Shown here: piece by piece, positions 50,720-63,679 of the stretch | Layout of the letters: each line of letters begins with the position of its first letter | Numbering within the stretch: the stretch's first letter is position 1 | From: the human T2T-CHM13v2.0 reference genome, Homo sapiens | NCBI RefSeq assembly: GCF_009914755.1 | Contig: NC_060925.1 | Length of the DNA stretch: 64,000 bases | Strand: one strand, 5' to 3' | Program-made: the position numbers and the translations under genes | Notes under the pieces: model-generated | The model's database searches: none | What the model saw: the letters and a program-made list of their open reading frames with translations, nothing else | Told to the model about the DNA's origin: nothing

Positions 50720-50738
50720 GAGACAGCAGGGGGCGCCA
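50720..50738 (+). promoter_or_regulatory. Candidate CTCF site
   Basis: GAGACAGCAGGGGGCGCCA, near-consensus core in unique sequence. Confidence 0.62.
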
Positions 50739-52092
50739 GTGGAGCACTCGTGAGGCTGCTTTGACATCACTTCCAGTATCTATCAGCATTCTGTTCCTAA
50801 TATAATTATTATACAACCGTGTTGCACCACATTGAGACAAGTTGACTGCTTACTTGAAGGAGATGGTAAATGAATATGGACAGGATATCTCCTTGCCACA
50901 ACTCTGATTTTATTGTTTCTCAGCTCATATTTTAAAACTTTTCTGAAGTGGCTTCATTCACTCATCTCCTATAAGCATAATTTTCTCCCCCACCCTTTTG
51001 CCCTAAAAAAAAGTAAAAATCAACACTGTGATGACTACCTGAATGTTGAATACCTTGGAGTTTAATTTATTCATAAATTTGGGGGTTTGCTGCTACTTCA
51101 TTAAAGTATATTTCCTCTAATTTTTTAAGTCTATCTTGAAGTTAGATACTAATTTTTGGTTGGGAAAAGAGGGAAGGGCTAAATTGCAAGTTTTATGTAC
51201 TCTCTCCATAGCTGTTTGGATTATTCTGGTAGATATTCCATTTGATTATCCATCAAAGTACTGAAGAAAGGAGGTGGCTTGTCTTGGTGGCAGCTGAAGA
51301 TTGTTCATGTTATGATATTCACACTTCAAACTGCATCTCAGTCGTATTAGTAATAAGCAATAGAGCAGAGACCTCAAAGACTTAGCATTGCATTAGGTAT
51401 TTCAGGTGTGATTCTAGGTATCACTACTTAATATATTCATTTAGCAGAGAGTTACTAAATACCTTTCTATTGGACACCAGGCTGGGTACTTTGGAAACGG
51501 GGGTCAACAGAATATGGCACATTTCCTAACCCATTTAAATCTCAGTTTCCATCTCTGTAGAATGATGATATTATCTTACCTCATTGCATGTCATGAGAAT
51601 TAAATGGTAAAGCTACCAATATTAGTATGTACGCGAACAATGCTCGGTAAATATTAGTCTTTGCCATACAGACTTTTTAGTAGTCTGTATCCATGTTTCA
51701 AACATGGTAAATCAAATACATTGATTCTCCTTGGTGCTTTTAGTTGATTTAGTAGTTAAACATTTTGCAAAATCTAATTATGGTTAGGGTTTGAGATTAC
51801 ATTCTAGCTGTCTTCACAATGGGCTTGAAATAAATGGTGTGTGTTCGAGATGACGCTTTCCTTTGGCACAGGAAGTTTATGGTCTTTTCTATTCATTTAT
51901 CATTTTACTTGCTTCCTGGAAACCGATAACCTCTAAAAGCTTCTCTTTTGTTCCTTAACTGGAATTTCTCTTCCATATTATTTGCATGTCTTCCACCTAA
52001 TGTACCCAAATCAATTATGAAGCAATTATTTTTAAAATGTCCCTTATGAGAATGTAAAGAAGGAAATGGATCACAGTTTAAATATGTTAGCT

Positions 52093-52489
<397 letters not shown>

Positions 52490-53617
52490 TCAACTCCAGA
52501 GCTGCCAGTGTTAAACTTGAGTCACTATTGGATCAGGGAATAAAATGTCTTTCTTTTCTTATCCATAATCATTTTTATTGAGTTGCAGCCAAATATATCC
52601 ACAGCTTGCAGTTACATCCCTCATTCATACAAATGTCCTTTTAGCATAACCTTCTTGTCAATATATTGCTTCCAGCCTCTAAAGTAAACTTTCTGAATTG
52701 CCATTGTTTCTTAATGCTTTGACCTTGGCTATCCTCCATCAACACTTTACCTTCTGTCTTCGCTTCTTGTACTATTTAAACAGCATTAGTCTCACAAATG
52801 TTCCTTTCTAATTTCTGTCCTACCACCAACCTTGTGTCTTCAATGCATGCCACCTGCCTCACTGAAACATCCATTCAGTGAAGAACCTCCTGCCTTTCTC
52901 ACACCCCCACCAACACCACACAGCATTATCTAGAATATCAACTTCAACCAAGCTGTCATTGTCTTATAATAGAAACAGCATAGAGAGATACTATAAAGCT
53001 TATCCTCCTCCAGAAATTGCAATACATTTGAACTTTTTTTATGGCTTTAGACTGAATCATTTGAAGCTCATACCCCCACGACATTGTCCTAATATGTTGC
53101 ACTCTTCCTAAAAACATCCTCAGGGGTAGAGAAATCACAGCTGATGGAACTACAACCATGTGCCTATAGTTTATTAGGTTACTAGCTCCTATTTCTTCCA
53201 GGCTAGAGGATTGTTTTGCCTCAGGTCAATACACAGTGCTCTTTCGTTAGCTCAGATGGTGAAGGTCATGTTTTCTCTACATCTGAATATGAACCTTCTC
53301 CTGTGTTAGCATCGGTGTGATTTTTAACCAGAGTCAAGTAATTGATTTCTGAAGACACCCTGGCCTTTACATACTTGCATGTCTTACTTCATGTAATTTT
53401 CTCTTGCTTTTCAAGTACATGATTAGCCACAATGTGATAAGTATATAAATCAACTGCCTGCCCTCTAGGACTTCTCACATTTAAATGTAGACCTAAATTA
53501 CTTTTGTTACACTGAAAAGATTTGAAAATGCTCGGTTGAATCACATTCAAGCCACTTCAGAAGGCTGCAATAATTTCCTACATTGCCGAAGGAAATTATT
53601 CTCCCAAATACATTCCG

Positions 53618-53895
<278 letters not shown>

Positions 53896-54806
53896 AACAT
53901 TCTGTTTTGTAGAAAGCATTCCTTCACTACCTCCATCACCCAGGTTTTGAAATCATCCAGCTTCCCACTGTGAAGGGCATTCAGAGTCAATGGCTGAAGT
54001 TTCAGACAGTCACTTGCTTCCATGGAACCGTGGCAAAATGCGTATCGTGGTTTAAGCAAACTTTCCTAATGCTTTATGAGAGGGACATCTCACCACTGTT
54101 AGCCTTAATAAGACATACATTCCTCCCCAACTGATGACTCCTCTTAATGGTTCAAATGTGTGCCACATACTTGAGAAAGCAGGTTCAAATGATTTTGGAA
54201 AATTTTTCAATGTTCTTTGAAATCATTGATAACACCCAGAGTAGCATTAAACACTGTGGGGAATCACTTGTTATCTTTCTAAACTTCAGCTGGAAACGAG
54301 TAGATCAGATAGAAGACCTAAGAAAGGGTTGCGCCACTTGTGAAATAATAGAAAATAAAAAGGGCTCATAGTATATGTGTCGATTGCATTTCCAGTGCCC
54401 TGTTCTAATCGCTATGCAGTCATCCATAACTTAATACGTTCTGAGAAATGAGTCCTTAGGCGATTTCACCACCGTGCAAACAAACGCAGATGCTGTAGCT
54501 TACAGCACGCCTCGGTTAGGCGTATAGCCATTTAGCTCCTAGGCTACAAACCTGTGCCCCATGTTACTATACCAAACGCCGTAAGCAACTGTAACACAAT
54601 GGTATTTGTATATCTAAACATAGAAAAGGTATAGTAAAAAAATACATACATTACAAAAGATAGAAAACGGTACATCTGTCTAGGACACTTACCATGAATG
54701 GAGTTTACAGAACTGGAAGTTGCTCTGGGTGAGTCAGTGAGGAGTGGTGAGTGAATTTGAAGGCCTGGGATATTGCTATACACTACTGAAGACTTTGTAA
54801 ACACTG

Positions 54807-55262
54807 TGAACTCAAGTTCCCTGAAAAAAAACATGGAGAAAAGAAACTATTCCAGCGAAGAGTTTGCAGCCTTAAGTGTAAAACGAAGGGGTGTTCCAGA
54901 GGAAAAAAAAAAAAAAACAAGGCCCTGGTTTTATAACAAAAGTTCCCACCTGGGCTTCCAATCAGGTCCATGTATGCAATGAAGACTTGAAACTTGCTTC
55001 GTTTTGATTGGTCAATACAGCTGAATCCTAATTGGGTGATACAGCTGAGTCCTGATTGGCCAAGGTAGGTGAGCTGTGATTGGTTGATTTAGGTGAACGC
55101 TGACAGTCTTAATAACAAAAAGGTGCAGGTTTTCAGGGAACTCAGTACCTGTGTGATCCCTAGTTAACAAATGACCACTTAGCTCTATTTTTAATTTAGG
55201 ATCAGTTAGCCACTTGGGATGCATTTGAAGGATTGGCTCTTTCGGATTCACATTTTTTGACA
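54807..55262 (-). mobile_element. ERV1-class (MER4-group) solo LTR
   Basis: TG...CA termini with exact 4-bp TSD ACTG (54803-54806; 55263-55266); tandem CCAAT boxes. Confidence 0.75.
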
Positions 55263-55464
55263 ACTGTATACTTAGGCTACACTAAATTCGTGAACAATAT
55301 TTTTCTTAAATAAATTAACCTTAGCTCACTGAAACTGTTTTACCACATAAACTTGAATTTTTAAGGTTTTGACTCTTTAGTAGTAACTCTTGGCTTAAAA
55401 CACACATTGTATAGCCATATAAAAATACTTTATTTATGTCCTTATTCTATAAGCTTTTTTCTAT

Positions 55465-56229
55465 TGCTGCTGACATCAAAATAAAAATGTAGAGATAAAT
55501 CTCTAAATTTAAAATTTTATTTTGGAGGAAAGAATTGCAATTCAGGAGCCGGGCAGAGTGGCCGATGCCTGTAATCTCAGTGCTTTGGGAGGCTCAAGTG
55601 GGAGGATCGCTTGAGGCCAGGAGCTGAAGACCAACCTGGGCAACACAGCAAGAACTATCTCTACAAACATAAAAATAAAAAATAAGCCAGGCATGGTGGC
55701 ATGGCCTGTAATCCTACTACTCAGGAGGCTGAGGCAGGAGGATAGCTTGAGCCCAGGAGTTTGAGGCTGCAGTGAGTGAGCCATGATCTATCTCACTGCT
55801 GCACTCCAGCCTGAGCAATGGAGTGAGACCCTGTCTCTTTAAAAAAAAAAAAGAAGTTCAAGACATATCCTCATCCGGGTAACCTTCAGTATGTCTGAAG
55901 AACAAAGAGAAGGTTGGGGGTTTTATAAAGAAAAAAAGAGGGATGTTTTGTGTGGTCCTGAGAAAAAGTTCACTGATATTAGTAAGGTTTTGGCAAGCTC
56001 CGATGGATGGGCAATGGCAGTGGGCAAAATTAGTCCTACAGCTGCAGCAAGTTATCTCAGCACCTGTAGATGAAACTGGTTTTGGGTTACAACAGGCAGT
56101 TTCCTTGCAGAGAATAACATTTCTAGAGCAACATTATGTATCCTGAGTGGTTTTTCCTCCTAGTTCCTCAACTCTGATATAGTTGGGTATGACAAGAATG
56201 ACCCTATTCATATAGGATCAACTTTCACA
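55465..56229 (-). mobile_element. ERV1-class (MER4-group) solo LTR containing an AluJ
   Basis: TG...CA termini with exact 4-bp TSD CTAT (55461-55464; 56230-56233); subfamily not certain. Confidence 0.75.
55547..55853 (+). mobile_element. AluJ
   Basis: GGAGGATCGCTTGAGGCCAGGAG and GAGGCTGCAGTGAG diagnostics. Confidence 0.92.
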
Positions 56230-56777
56230 CTATTTTTAAAAGTTTTTATATGTTAGTTTACTTTTAAACTTTTTTGTTAAAAAGTAAGACACTCACACAC
56301 ACATTAGCCTAGGCCTAAAGAGCGTCAGGATCATCAAGATGTCACTAAGCAATAGGAAGTTTCCAGCTCTATGAAAATCTTATGGGACCACCATCATACA
56401 TGTTTTGTTGACTGAAGCAGTTGTTATGTAGCACATGACTGTATTTCTATGCAAGCGTCTACCAGCTTGCCTGGCCTGCACCATGTATCTCTTGTTTTAT
56501 GCCCTGGGCTTCTCTGATGCTGCAGTATGAGATGCTGGAGGTGACCCCCTTGGAGCACAGACACCTACAATCTGAAGAGTCTTATGCTACGCAGCCATGC
56601 TTGACGGATGGGGGACCAGAGCCAATGAGTAAATTCTGCCCTTGTTTTCCCCTGGAAGGACGGCTCAGAGCATACAGAAAGGCTTCTCAGAAAATGGCAT
56701 GGGAGATGTTGGTCAAAGGGCACACACTTTCAGTTAATAAGATGAATGACTTCTGGTTATCTAAAATACAGCATAAC

Positions 56778-57555
56778 TTAAAAAAAAAAACAACTTCAAA
56801 CACATTAAATTTAACAGAGTTTAATTGAACAAAGGACAATTCAAGAATTGGGCAGCCCTCAGAACCAGAACACAGGTTCAGAGGATTCAGCTGCTCAATG
56901 TGGGCACGCAGCATTTCTGGACAGAAAACGGAAGTGAGGTCCCGAGACAGCTCGATTGGTTCCAGCCCAGCGTTTACCTTATTTCCACATAGTCCGATCG
57001 GTTAGCTGCCTATGATTGATTGACTAAGCTCAGCTGCTGTGATTGGCTGAGATTCAGCTACTTGTTACAAAAGTATACTCCTAAGTCAGGCTTTCAGTGA
57101 GTTTAGGTTCTGATATGGTTTGACTCTGTGTTTCCACCCAAATCTCATGTTAAATTTTAACCCTTCATGTTGGGGGAGGGAACTGGTGGGAGATGATTGG
57201 ATCATGGGTGCAGTTTTCCCCTTGCTGTTCTCATAATAGTGAGTTCTCTTGAGATCTGGTTGTTTGAAAGTATGTAGCCCTTCCCCTTTCGCTCTCTTCC
57301 TCCCCCTCCAACATGTGAGGATGTGCTCGCTTCCCCTTCGCCTTCTGCCATGATTGTAAATTTCCCAAGGCCTCCCAGCCATGTTCCCTGTACAGCCTGC
57401 AGCACTGTGAATCCATTACACCTCTTTTCTTCATGAATTACCCAGTCACGGGTAGTTCTTTATGGCAATGTGAGAACAGACTCATGCAGGTACTAAGTTA
57501 GGTTGCAGTCCGTTATGTAGAGACTCAAAATATGAAGGCCAAATTTAGTTTAACA
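56778..57555 (-). mobile_element. MER57-like ERV1 LTR containing MSTA
   Basis: Reverse complement begins TGTTAAACTAAATTTGGCC; ETS (CGGAAGTG) and CCAAT motifs. Confidence 0.75.
57111..57488 (+). mobile_element. MSTA MaLR LTR
   Basis: TGATATGGTTTGACTCTGTG...GAGAACAGACTCATGCA; 5-bp TSD GGTTC/GGTAC. Confidence 0.9.
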
Positions 57556-58679
57556 TGCCTATAATTCAAAACATTGTACTGTATGCTTCAAATTTACTAA
57601 GAGAGTAGATCTTAAGGTAGCTAGCTATGTGAGGTAACAGATATGCTTATTAGCTTGTGGTAATCATTTCACGATGTGTATCCATATCAAATCATCACTT
57701 TGTACACCTTACATATATATGCTTTTTTGAGTCAGCTATACCTCAGTAAAGTTGGGTTGGGGGGGAAGTAAAAGAAAGTTCCATGGGATGGAGCCCCTGT
57801 CCGTTGGAGCTCTAGCTGCCCTGGCAACATGCCCTTGCAGTACCTCTCTCTCCTGTTTCCCTCCCACTGGTCCCTCACTCCACTCCCTGGGTGACATGCA
57901 AACATTTGCATTACATATTGACGTGCAAACTACCTGCTCACAAGTCTTTGTGCCAGTCTCTGTTCTCAGGGGAATCTAGGCTAAGACACTAATTGTTTAA
58001 CCAGTTCAGCAACTGCTCAATTAAACCAACTGGATAGCTTGGACCTCTCTTACTACCAACTATCTTTCTCCTTTGGAAGGAAAATGGAAGGCGGCCACAA
58101 CAGGTATCCAGGCACAAGAATTCCCAGGGCCACCCAGCTACACAGACATGTCAGCAAAACAAAAGATTCACAAACTAATCATCATCTAATGAAAGAAACT
58201 AAATCAGTAATTATGATAAAATCTCCTGGGGTAGTGAGAAAGGAGGAGGAAAGTGGCTTTAACAAATGCATATTTAATGACTTAGCAAGATAAGATAATT
58301 AGGCATAGTCTGCAGAACGGTGGGTTGGGGGTGGTTGTGGTGGAAAGACTGCCACAAAACTGTGAGATCAAAGCTCATTTATAAAGTAATTAAATCCCGG
58401 GTACAGCTGTTGCCCAAAGGAATATTCATTTTCAAAAAATTTTCATCTTTGACTCAACTTTTGAAAAGCTGGTTATGCCTAAGCCTTAGGGCACGTTAGG
58501 AAATCCAGCTGGATTTGGGAGTCGATACTCAACAGGAAGAGCTGAATTTGCATCCTAGGGCCTTCTTGCTCCAGCAAATGATGTGGGCAGTGAAGTTATG
58601 ACAGGCTCTCTCTGTCTTCCTGTGCTTCAAATACCTTCCTCATTTAATACACAGTGGCCTTTAGAAGTAGGTATCTCCA

Positions 58680-58875
58680 CACATGTCCACAGAGAGGGAA
58701 CAACACACACCAGGGCCTGTTGCAGGATTGGGGGTGAGGGGACGGAACTGAGAGGACGGGTCAACAGGTGCAGCAAACCACCATGGCACACATATACCTG
58801 TGTAACACACCTGCACACTCTGCACATGTATCCTGTTTTTGTTTTTTAGAATAAATAAAAATAATTTTTTAAAGA
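58680..58875 (+). mobile_element. 5'-truncated L1PA (PA8-PA10-like) 3' end
   Basis: GCAGCAAACCACCATGGCACACATATACC; imperfect TSD AAGTAGGTATCTCCA / AAGTAAGCATCTCCA. Confidence 0.85.
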
Positions 58876-59684
58876 AAAGTAAGCATCTCCATTTTACCAT
58901 ATCAAAAATGTGAGGTGGTTAGATTAGTTGAACTCAGACATGTTTCCATGTTTCACTTTGAGTCTTGGGTGCAGACACTGACAAGGGCTCAACTGTCATG
59001 ATTCATTGCTGAAAGGGAAGAAGGTAAAGGAAGCTCTCATATCTTCCAGATGCCTTACACAAATGGCACATGTTGTATACAAATTTGGTAAGAGCTCTTT
59101 AACACATTTCCCATTTGCCTCGGAAATACTGCTCGGGCAGCGAGCTTCACTCGTTTTTCCTCTAACCAGGAAATGGGTTAAGCCCACAGATAGAAGTATG
59201 ATTATTATATCGAGTTTTCCTACAAATAGAAAATAAATGTACTGGTCAGGGTTATTTAAGCATCCCCCTCCCATTGCCAATTACAGACTTCATGGGAAAT
59301 TAGAGTTGCCATATTCTAGTTTACTCACCAGAGCCTTTGGAGTTTGTTTTGAGTTTGTGTCAATTCTATAGAAATGAATTAAGACAGAGGAATGGGAAGT
59401 GAAGCTTCTGGATCTGTAAAGCTTCTGGATCTGAAAGTGGCAAATGCCCCAGTTCTTTCTTTCTTCCAGGCCTCATTAGCTCTGGTCATGCCCTCCTCAC
59501 AGAAGGCAGCTTAACCCTGAGTCTACAGGTTTCATTAAAATTGCTGAGTAATCGCATGAGAAAAACCCCTACGATAATAGGTATTGATCTTCTGGCATAG
59601 TTATTATGATTTTAAATTATAAATCACATCTAGTCAGGTATCAACCAACATCCACAAGGAAACTATTGGTTCAAAATGTATTTA

Positions 59685-60014
59685 TGTATGTATGTATTTA
59701 TTTATATTTATTTATTTTTATTTTTTGTTTTTGAGACAGAGTCATGCTCTCTTGCCTAGGCTGGAGTGCAGTGGCACGAGTTCGGCTTGCTGCAACCTCT
59801 ACCTCCCAGGTTCAAGCAATTCTCCTGCTTCAACCTCCGTAGTAGCTGGGATTACAGGTGCGCGCCGCCACACCTGGCTAATTTTTTGTATTTTAGTAGA
59901 GATGGGGTTTCACTGTGTTGCCCAGGCTGGTCACGAACTCCTGAGCTCAGGCAATCCACCTGCCTGGGCCTCCCAAAGTGCTGAGATTACAGGCGTGAGG
60001 CACCGCACCAGGCC
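59685..60014 (-). mobile_element. AluS with AT-rich microsatellite tail
   Basis: TSD CAAAATGTATTTA. Confidence 0.94.
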
Positions 60015-60069
60015 CAAAATGTATTTACTAAGTGGCATCTACATGCTGGTTGCTATGGGTACAAAGATT

Positions 60070-60330
60070 AATATTAATAGCAATAAAAAGAATAATATGT
60101 ATATAGTGTATACTGTGTGCCAGGTACTATCCTAAATATACATATATATTTAGAATATATACATTTATGCTAGATGGGGTATGTGTGTATATAAATATAC
60201 TTCTTTAATTCTCACAATAAAAATTATCTTCATTTTACAGACAAGGAAACTGAGGCAAAAGGAGGTTAAGTAACTCACTAGAGGTAAGACATTCTGAAAG
60301 AATTCACTCTGGTGGGGAACAGACACAAAG
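60070..60330 (-). mobile_element. MIR
   Basis: CATTTTACAGACAAGGAAACTGAGGC...GAGGTTAAGTAACT core. Confidence 0.75.
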
Positions 60331-60544
60331 AAACCACACAACCATGTGATAATGCGATTACAGAACATGTAAGAAGTGCTCTTACAGGGAAGGAAGACAG
60401 CAAGGTGCGAAGAACACCTTCTGGAGGAGATGAGAAGCCTTCCTTAGGCAGATGACATCTGAGTGACTCTCGGAAAACGAAAAACAGCTTTCGAAATAGG
60501 ACAGGCAGGGCATACAGGGCATAACAGAAAGAGGTCATCCAATC

Positions 60545-61180
60545 TATAGCTTTATTCATAATTGCATCATATTGAAACAACCAAGATGTCCTTCAGTAGG
60601 TGAATGGATAAACAAACCGTGGTACATCCAGGGAATGGAACCTTATTCAGCAATTCAAAGAAATGAATAATCAAACCACGAAAAGACATGAAGGAAACTT
60701 AAATGCATATTCCGAAGTGAAAGGAGCCAATCTGAAAAGGCTATATACTGTATGATTCTAACATATGCCATTCTAGGAAAGGCAAAACTATAGATAGAGA
60801 CAGTAAAAAAGATCGGTGGTTGTCAGGGATTAGGGGTGTGTGGGAGGAGATGAATAGCAGAGGACAAGCAATTTTTAGGGCAGAACGACTTTTCTGTATG
60901 ATACTGTAATGGATATATGACAATATTCATTTGTCAAAACCCATAGAAATTACAACACAAAGAGTGAACCCCAATGGAAACCATAAACTTTAGTTAATAA
61001 AAATATATCAATAATGTTCCAATTGTAGCACATGTACCACAGCAATGCAAGATGTTAATGCTATGGGAAACTGGAGAGCAGGGAGAGGAGGAGGAGTATA
61101 TGGAAACTCTGTACTTTCTGCTCATCCTTTTTGTAAACCTAAAACTTCTCTAAAAATTAAACTCTATTGAAAGAGAAATA
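60545..61180 (+). mobile_element. L1MC 3' fragment
   Basis: CAACCAAGATGTCCTTCAGTAGGTGAATGGATAAAC...GCCAATCTGAAAAGGCTATATACTGTATGATTC. Confidence 0.85.
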
Positions 61181-61379
61181 AAGGGAGAAATAGCCTTCAA
61201 AATATTACAGAGAGAGCATTATAGAAAGAGGGGCATTGAGTCTTCAGAGTGCTTTCCAAAACCTGAATTAATCGTGGAGTAGGAAATATTAAGTCATGAG
61301 TAATTTATAACTTAGTATAAATTATTAGTTCATTTTCCTTGCTGCTGTCATTAGCTGGTTTCAGGATGTGAAGAAATGA

Positions 61380-61720
61380 AGATTCCCTTGGCTGCAAGTG
61401 AAACCTAGCTCAGACTCCCTTCGAGTAAAAGGAAGTGTACTGGCTGACGTAACCTGGAAGTCCTAGGTGCCACTTCCGGCATCGCTGAATCCAAGAGTAC
61501 AAATGAAGTCACTGTAATGCATCTCTCTACTCACTACTTCCTCCTTCTCTCCCTCCGTCTCCCTCCTCCCCTCTTTCTCTGTCGTGCCTCAATTCGATGC
61601 ACTTCTATCAGGTTGTCTTTAAATAGTGTAGTGATAGCCCCTAGCAGGTCCAGGCTCATGTGATTTTTTTAGTTCTTCTGAGGGGAAACTGTCTTCTCTA
61701 TGTACAGGGGTTCCTGGGAA
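61380..61720 (-). mobile_element. Old MLT1 (J/K-like) LTR
   Basis: TTGGCTGCAAGTGAAACCTAGCTCAGACT...AAAAGGAAGTGTACTGGCT resembles a reverse MLT1J/K start. Confidence 0.55.
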
Positions 61721-62430
61721 AGACATGAGGCTGGAGAGCCAGGCTGGTAAACAGACAGCAGCCAAAGCAGGCCTGAGGATGAAGAAGCAGGTCACAGAGC
61801 AAAGTCACTCCATAGGAACCAGCTAGTGAGGTATATCACCATCACCCCTACCACTTCAGGACTCAGTGAATGGTACCCCGGTTACGCTTTGGCCAAAAAA
61901 TAAGAGCAAGGACATTAGAGGCAATAGGGCCCTGACCTATGTACTGCTTTTCTTATTCTGCTGTGACTGAATACTGTGCCTCCAGCACCTATACCATTCC
62001 TATTTCAAGACTACTTTTTGAGAGTCACCTTAGTGGAGGAGACAATGAAACCCCCGTTTGAACAGGTACCAAATCCCACAGCTTTAACTCTATTTGTGCC
62101 TTATGTGAAAGGGTCACATGAATTTAAAAAATGTATATTCTAATTTTTCCCATTGTGTTTCTGCAGATCTTGCCGATCCAGAGTCAGTGACCCAGGCCGC
62201 AGTTTGAGAAAGTGATAGCTGATAGAATGTCCCTATGGCTGCCTTAGGACACTCAATAAGCATCTAGTACATGAGAAAAATTACATCTGCTTTGCCTCTT
62301 ATTCTTCTCCAAGGACTCTAAGAATCTAAGTTGTGACACCAAGATAGAAAACAAGATAGTAAAATAATTCTCTGTTATCATCATCTTCTACATTAAATAA
62401 CTCCCCTAGATAGCTCTATTGTCTAGAGGT

Positions 62431-62618
62431 CAGTGATGTCCACCAGAACTTTCTCCAGTGATGGGAACGTTCTTAATGTAGTAGCTACTAGACACACATA
62501 TAGCTACTGAGCAGGAAGTGTGGCTAGTGTAAACTAGAACTGATTTTTAAATTTTATTCCAATTAATATGAATTCAAATTCTACACATGGCTAGTGACTG
62601 TCTTATTTGACAGCACAG
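62431..62618 (+). mobile_element. MER3 (hAT-Charlie)
   Basis: CAGTGATGTCCACCAGAACTTTCT...TGTGGCTAGTG...TTGACAGCACAG. Confidence 0.8.
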
Positions 62619-62669
62619 GTCTTTACAGTCTAATGTTAACCCTTACTAACAGAATGTGCCCCACCCACA

Positions 62670-63210
62670 ATTAAGTGGCCATGTTTTGTGTTACATGACC
62701 TTACCCTCCCACCTGATTGGACCACAGGCAGTTACCGGCCCCCAGGACAGCCAATCACAGGCTGCTAATGATCTATACTGTGAAACCTGACTCCATAGGT
62801 GAGCTACACCAATCATATTTCTCTCTTTGGATTTTGGAACTGGGAAATTGAGAGGGGATTGGCTATGGGAGCTGAGCTTACTTCATTACACAGACTCAGG
62901 GCCCCGGTGGTAACTATGGGCCACCTGCAAACTGGGGCTATGAGAAAACAGGAGTCCTGGTATGTGTTAAAAGGGAGAGCTGGCTGCTGCAGATCGGGGA
63001 GAATGGGGTCAGACGTGCTCACAAGAGCAGAAGCTGTGAGGGACCCTCACGGCCCATGAGAAAGAGGCAGGAAGCAGCCTTGGGTTTTCTCTTTGGGGCT
63101 TGGCTGTATTTCAGCATGTGTTTATGGCCGCTCACAAGATTCTCTTATTTATTTCCTGGAAATGCGCTCCCTTAGCATAAGCCAGAATGAGTGGAACTCT
63201 CTTTCCTGTC
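62670..63210 (+). mobile_element. Old MLT1 (K/L-like) LTR
   Basis: TGATTGG...CCAATCA motifs and an AAGCCAGAATGAGT...TTCCTGTCA end; highly diverged. Confidence 0.45.
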
Positions 63211-63679
63211 ATCTAGACCACTTTTAATGAAATTATGATATTGTAATATAAATTATAAAGAAAAGCATGTTATGCACCCTAGAAGTCAATATATTTTTGA
63301 GCTGGAAGGAAATTAGGAATCATGGAGTTTAATCTCATCATTTTAAAGATGAGATGGAAGCTATTTTGAAATGTTGCTGTCTAAAGTCACAGAGCTGGTT
63401 TCTGAGAAATTTTCAAGTATTAATTTGCTTTCTGAAAGTTTGTTAGAAAAACCAAAATGAAACAAAAAAATCTGTCACTGTAGTTTTTGAGAGAAAAATA
63501 AAATACAGTAGTGGATGGATACCTCAGTTTTAAGATGAATCTAACTTTTTAACAGGGCTTACTAACCTAATGGGGTTTCGTTAATAGTTAAAATCCACAT
63601 TTTACAGGTGTTTGCCCCTAAGTGAATAATTCAGGGTCTCTGTTTTCTGCAAAATATCCTCCCACCCAAATATTTCTGG

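Larger units (their letters stand above)
54417..56441 (+). mobile_element. Tigger3-family (MER7) DNA transposon split by two LTRs
   Basis: CAGTCAT...ATGACTG terminal inverted repeats followed by TA; GCTCCTAGGCTACAAACCTGT and CTTATGGGACCACC motifs. Confidence 0.85.
56445..57988 (+). mobile_element. LTR16-family ERVL LTR split by an L1MA 3' fragment (about 56694-57777)
   Basis: GGGGGACCAGAGCCAATGAGTAAATTC and end CTCTGTTCTCAGGGGAATCTAGGCTAAGACA; L1MA motifs GGGAGATGTTGGTCAAAGGG and GAGAGTAGATCTTAAG. Confidence 0.65.
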
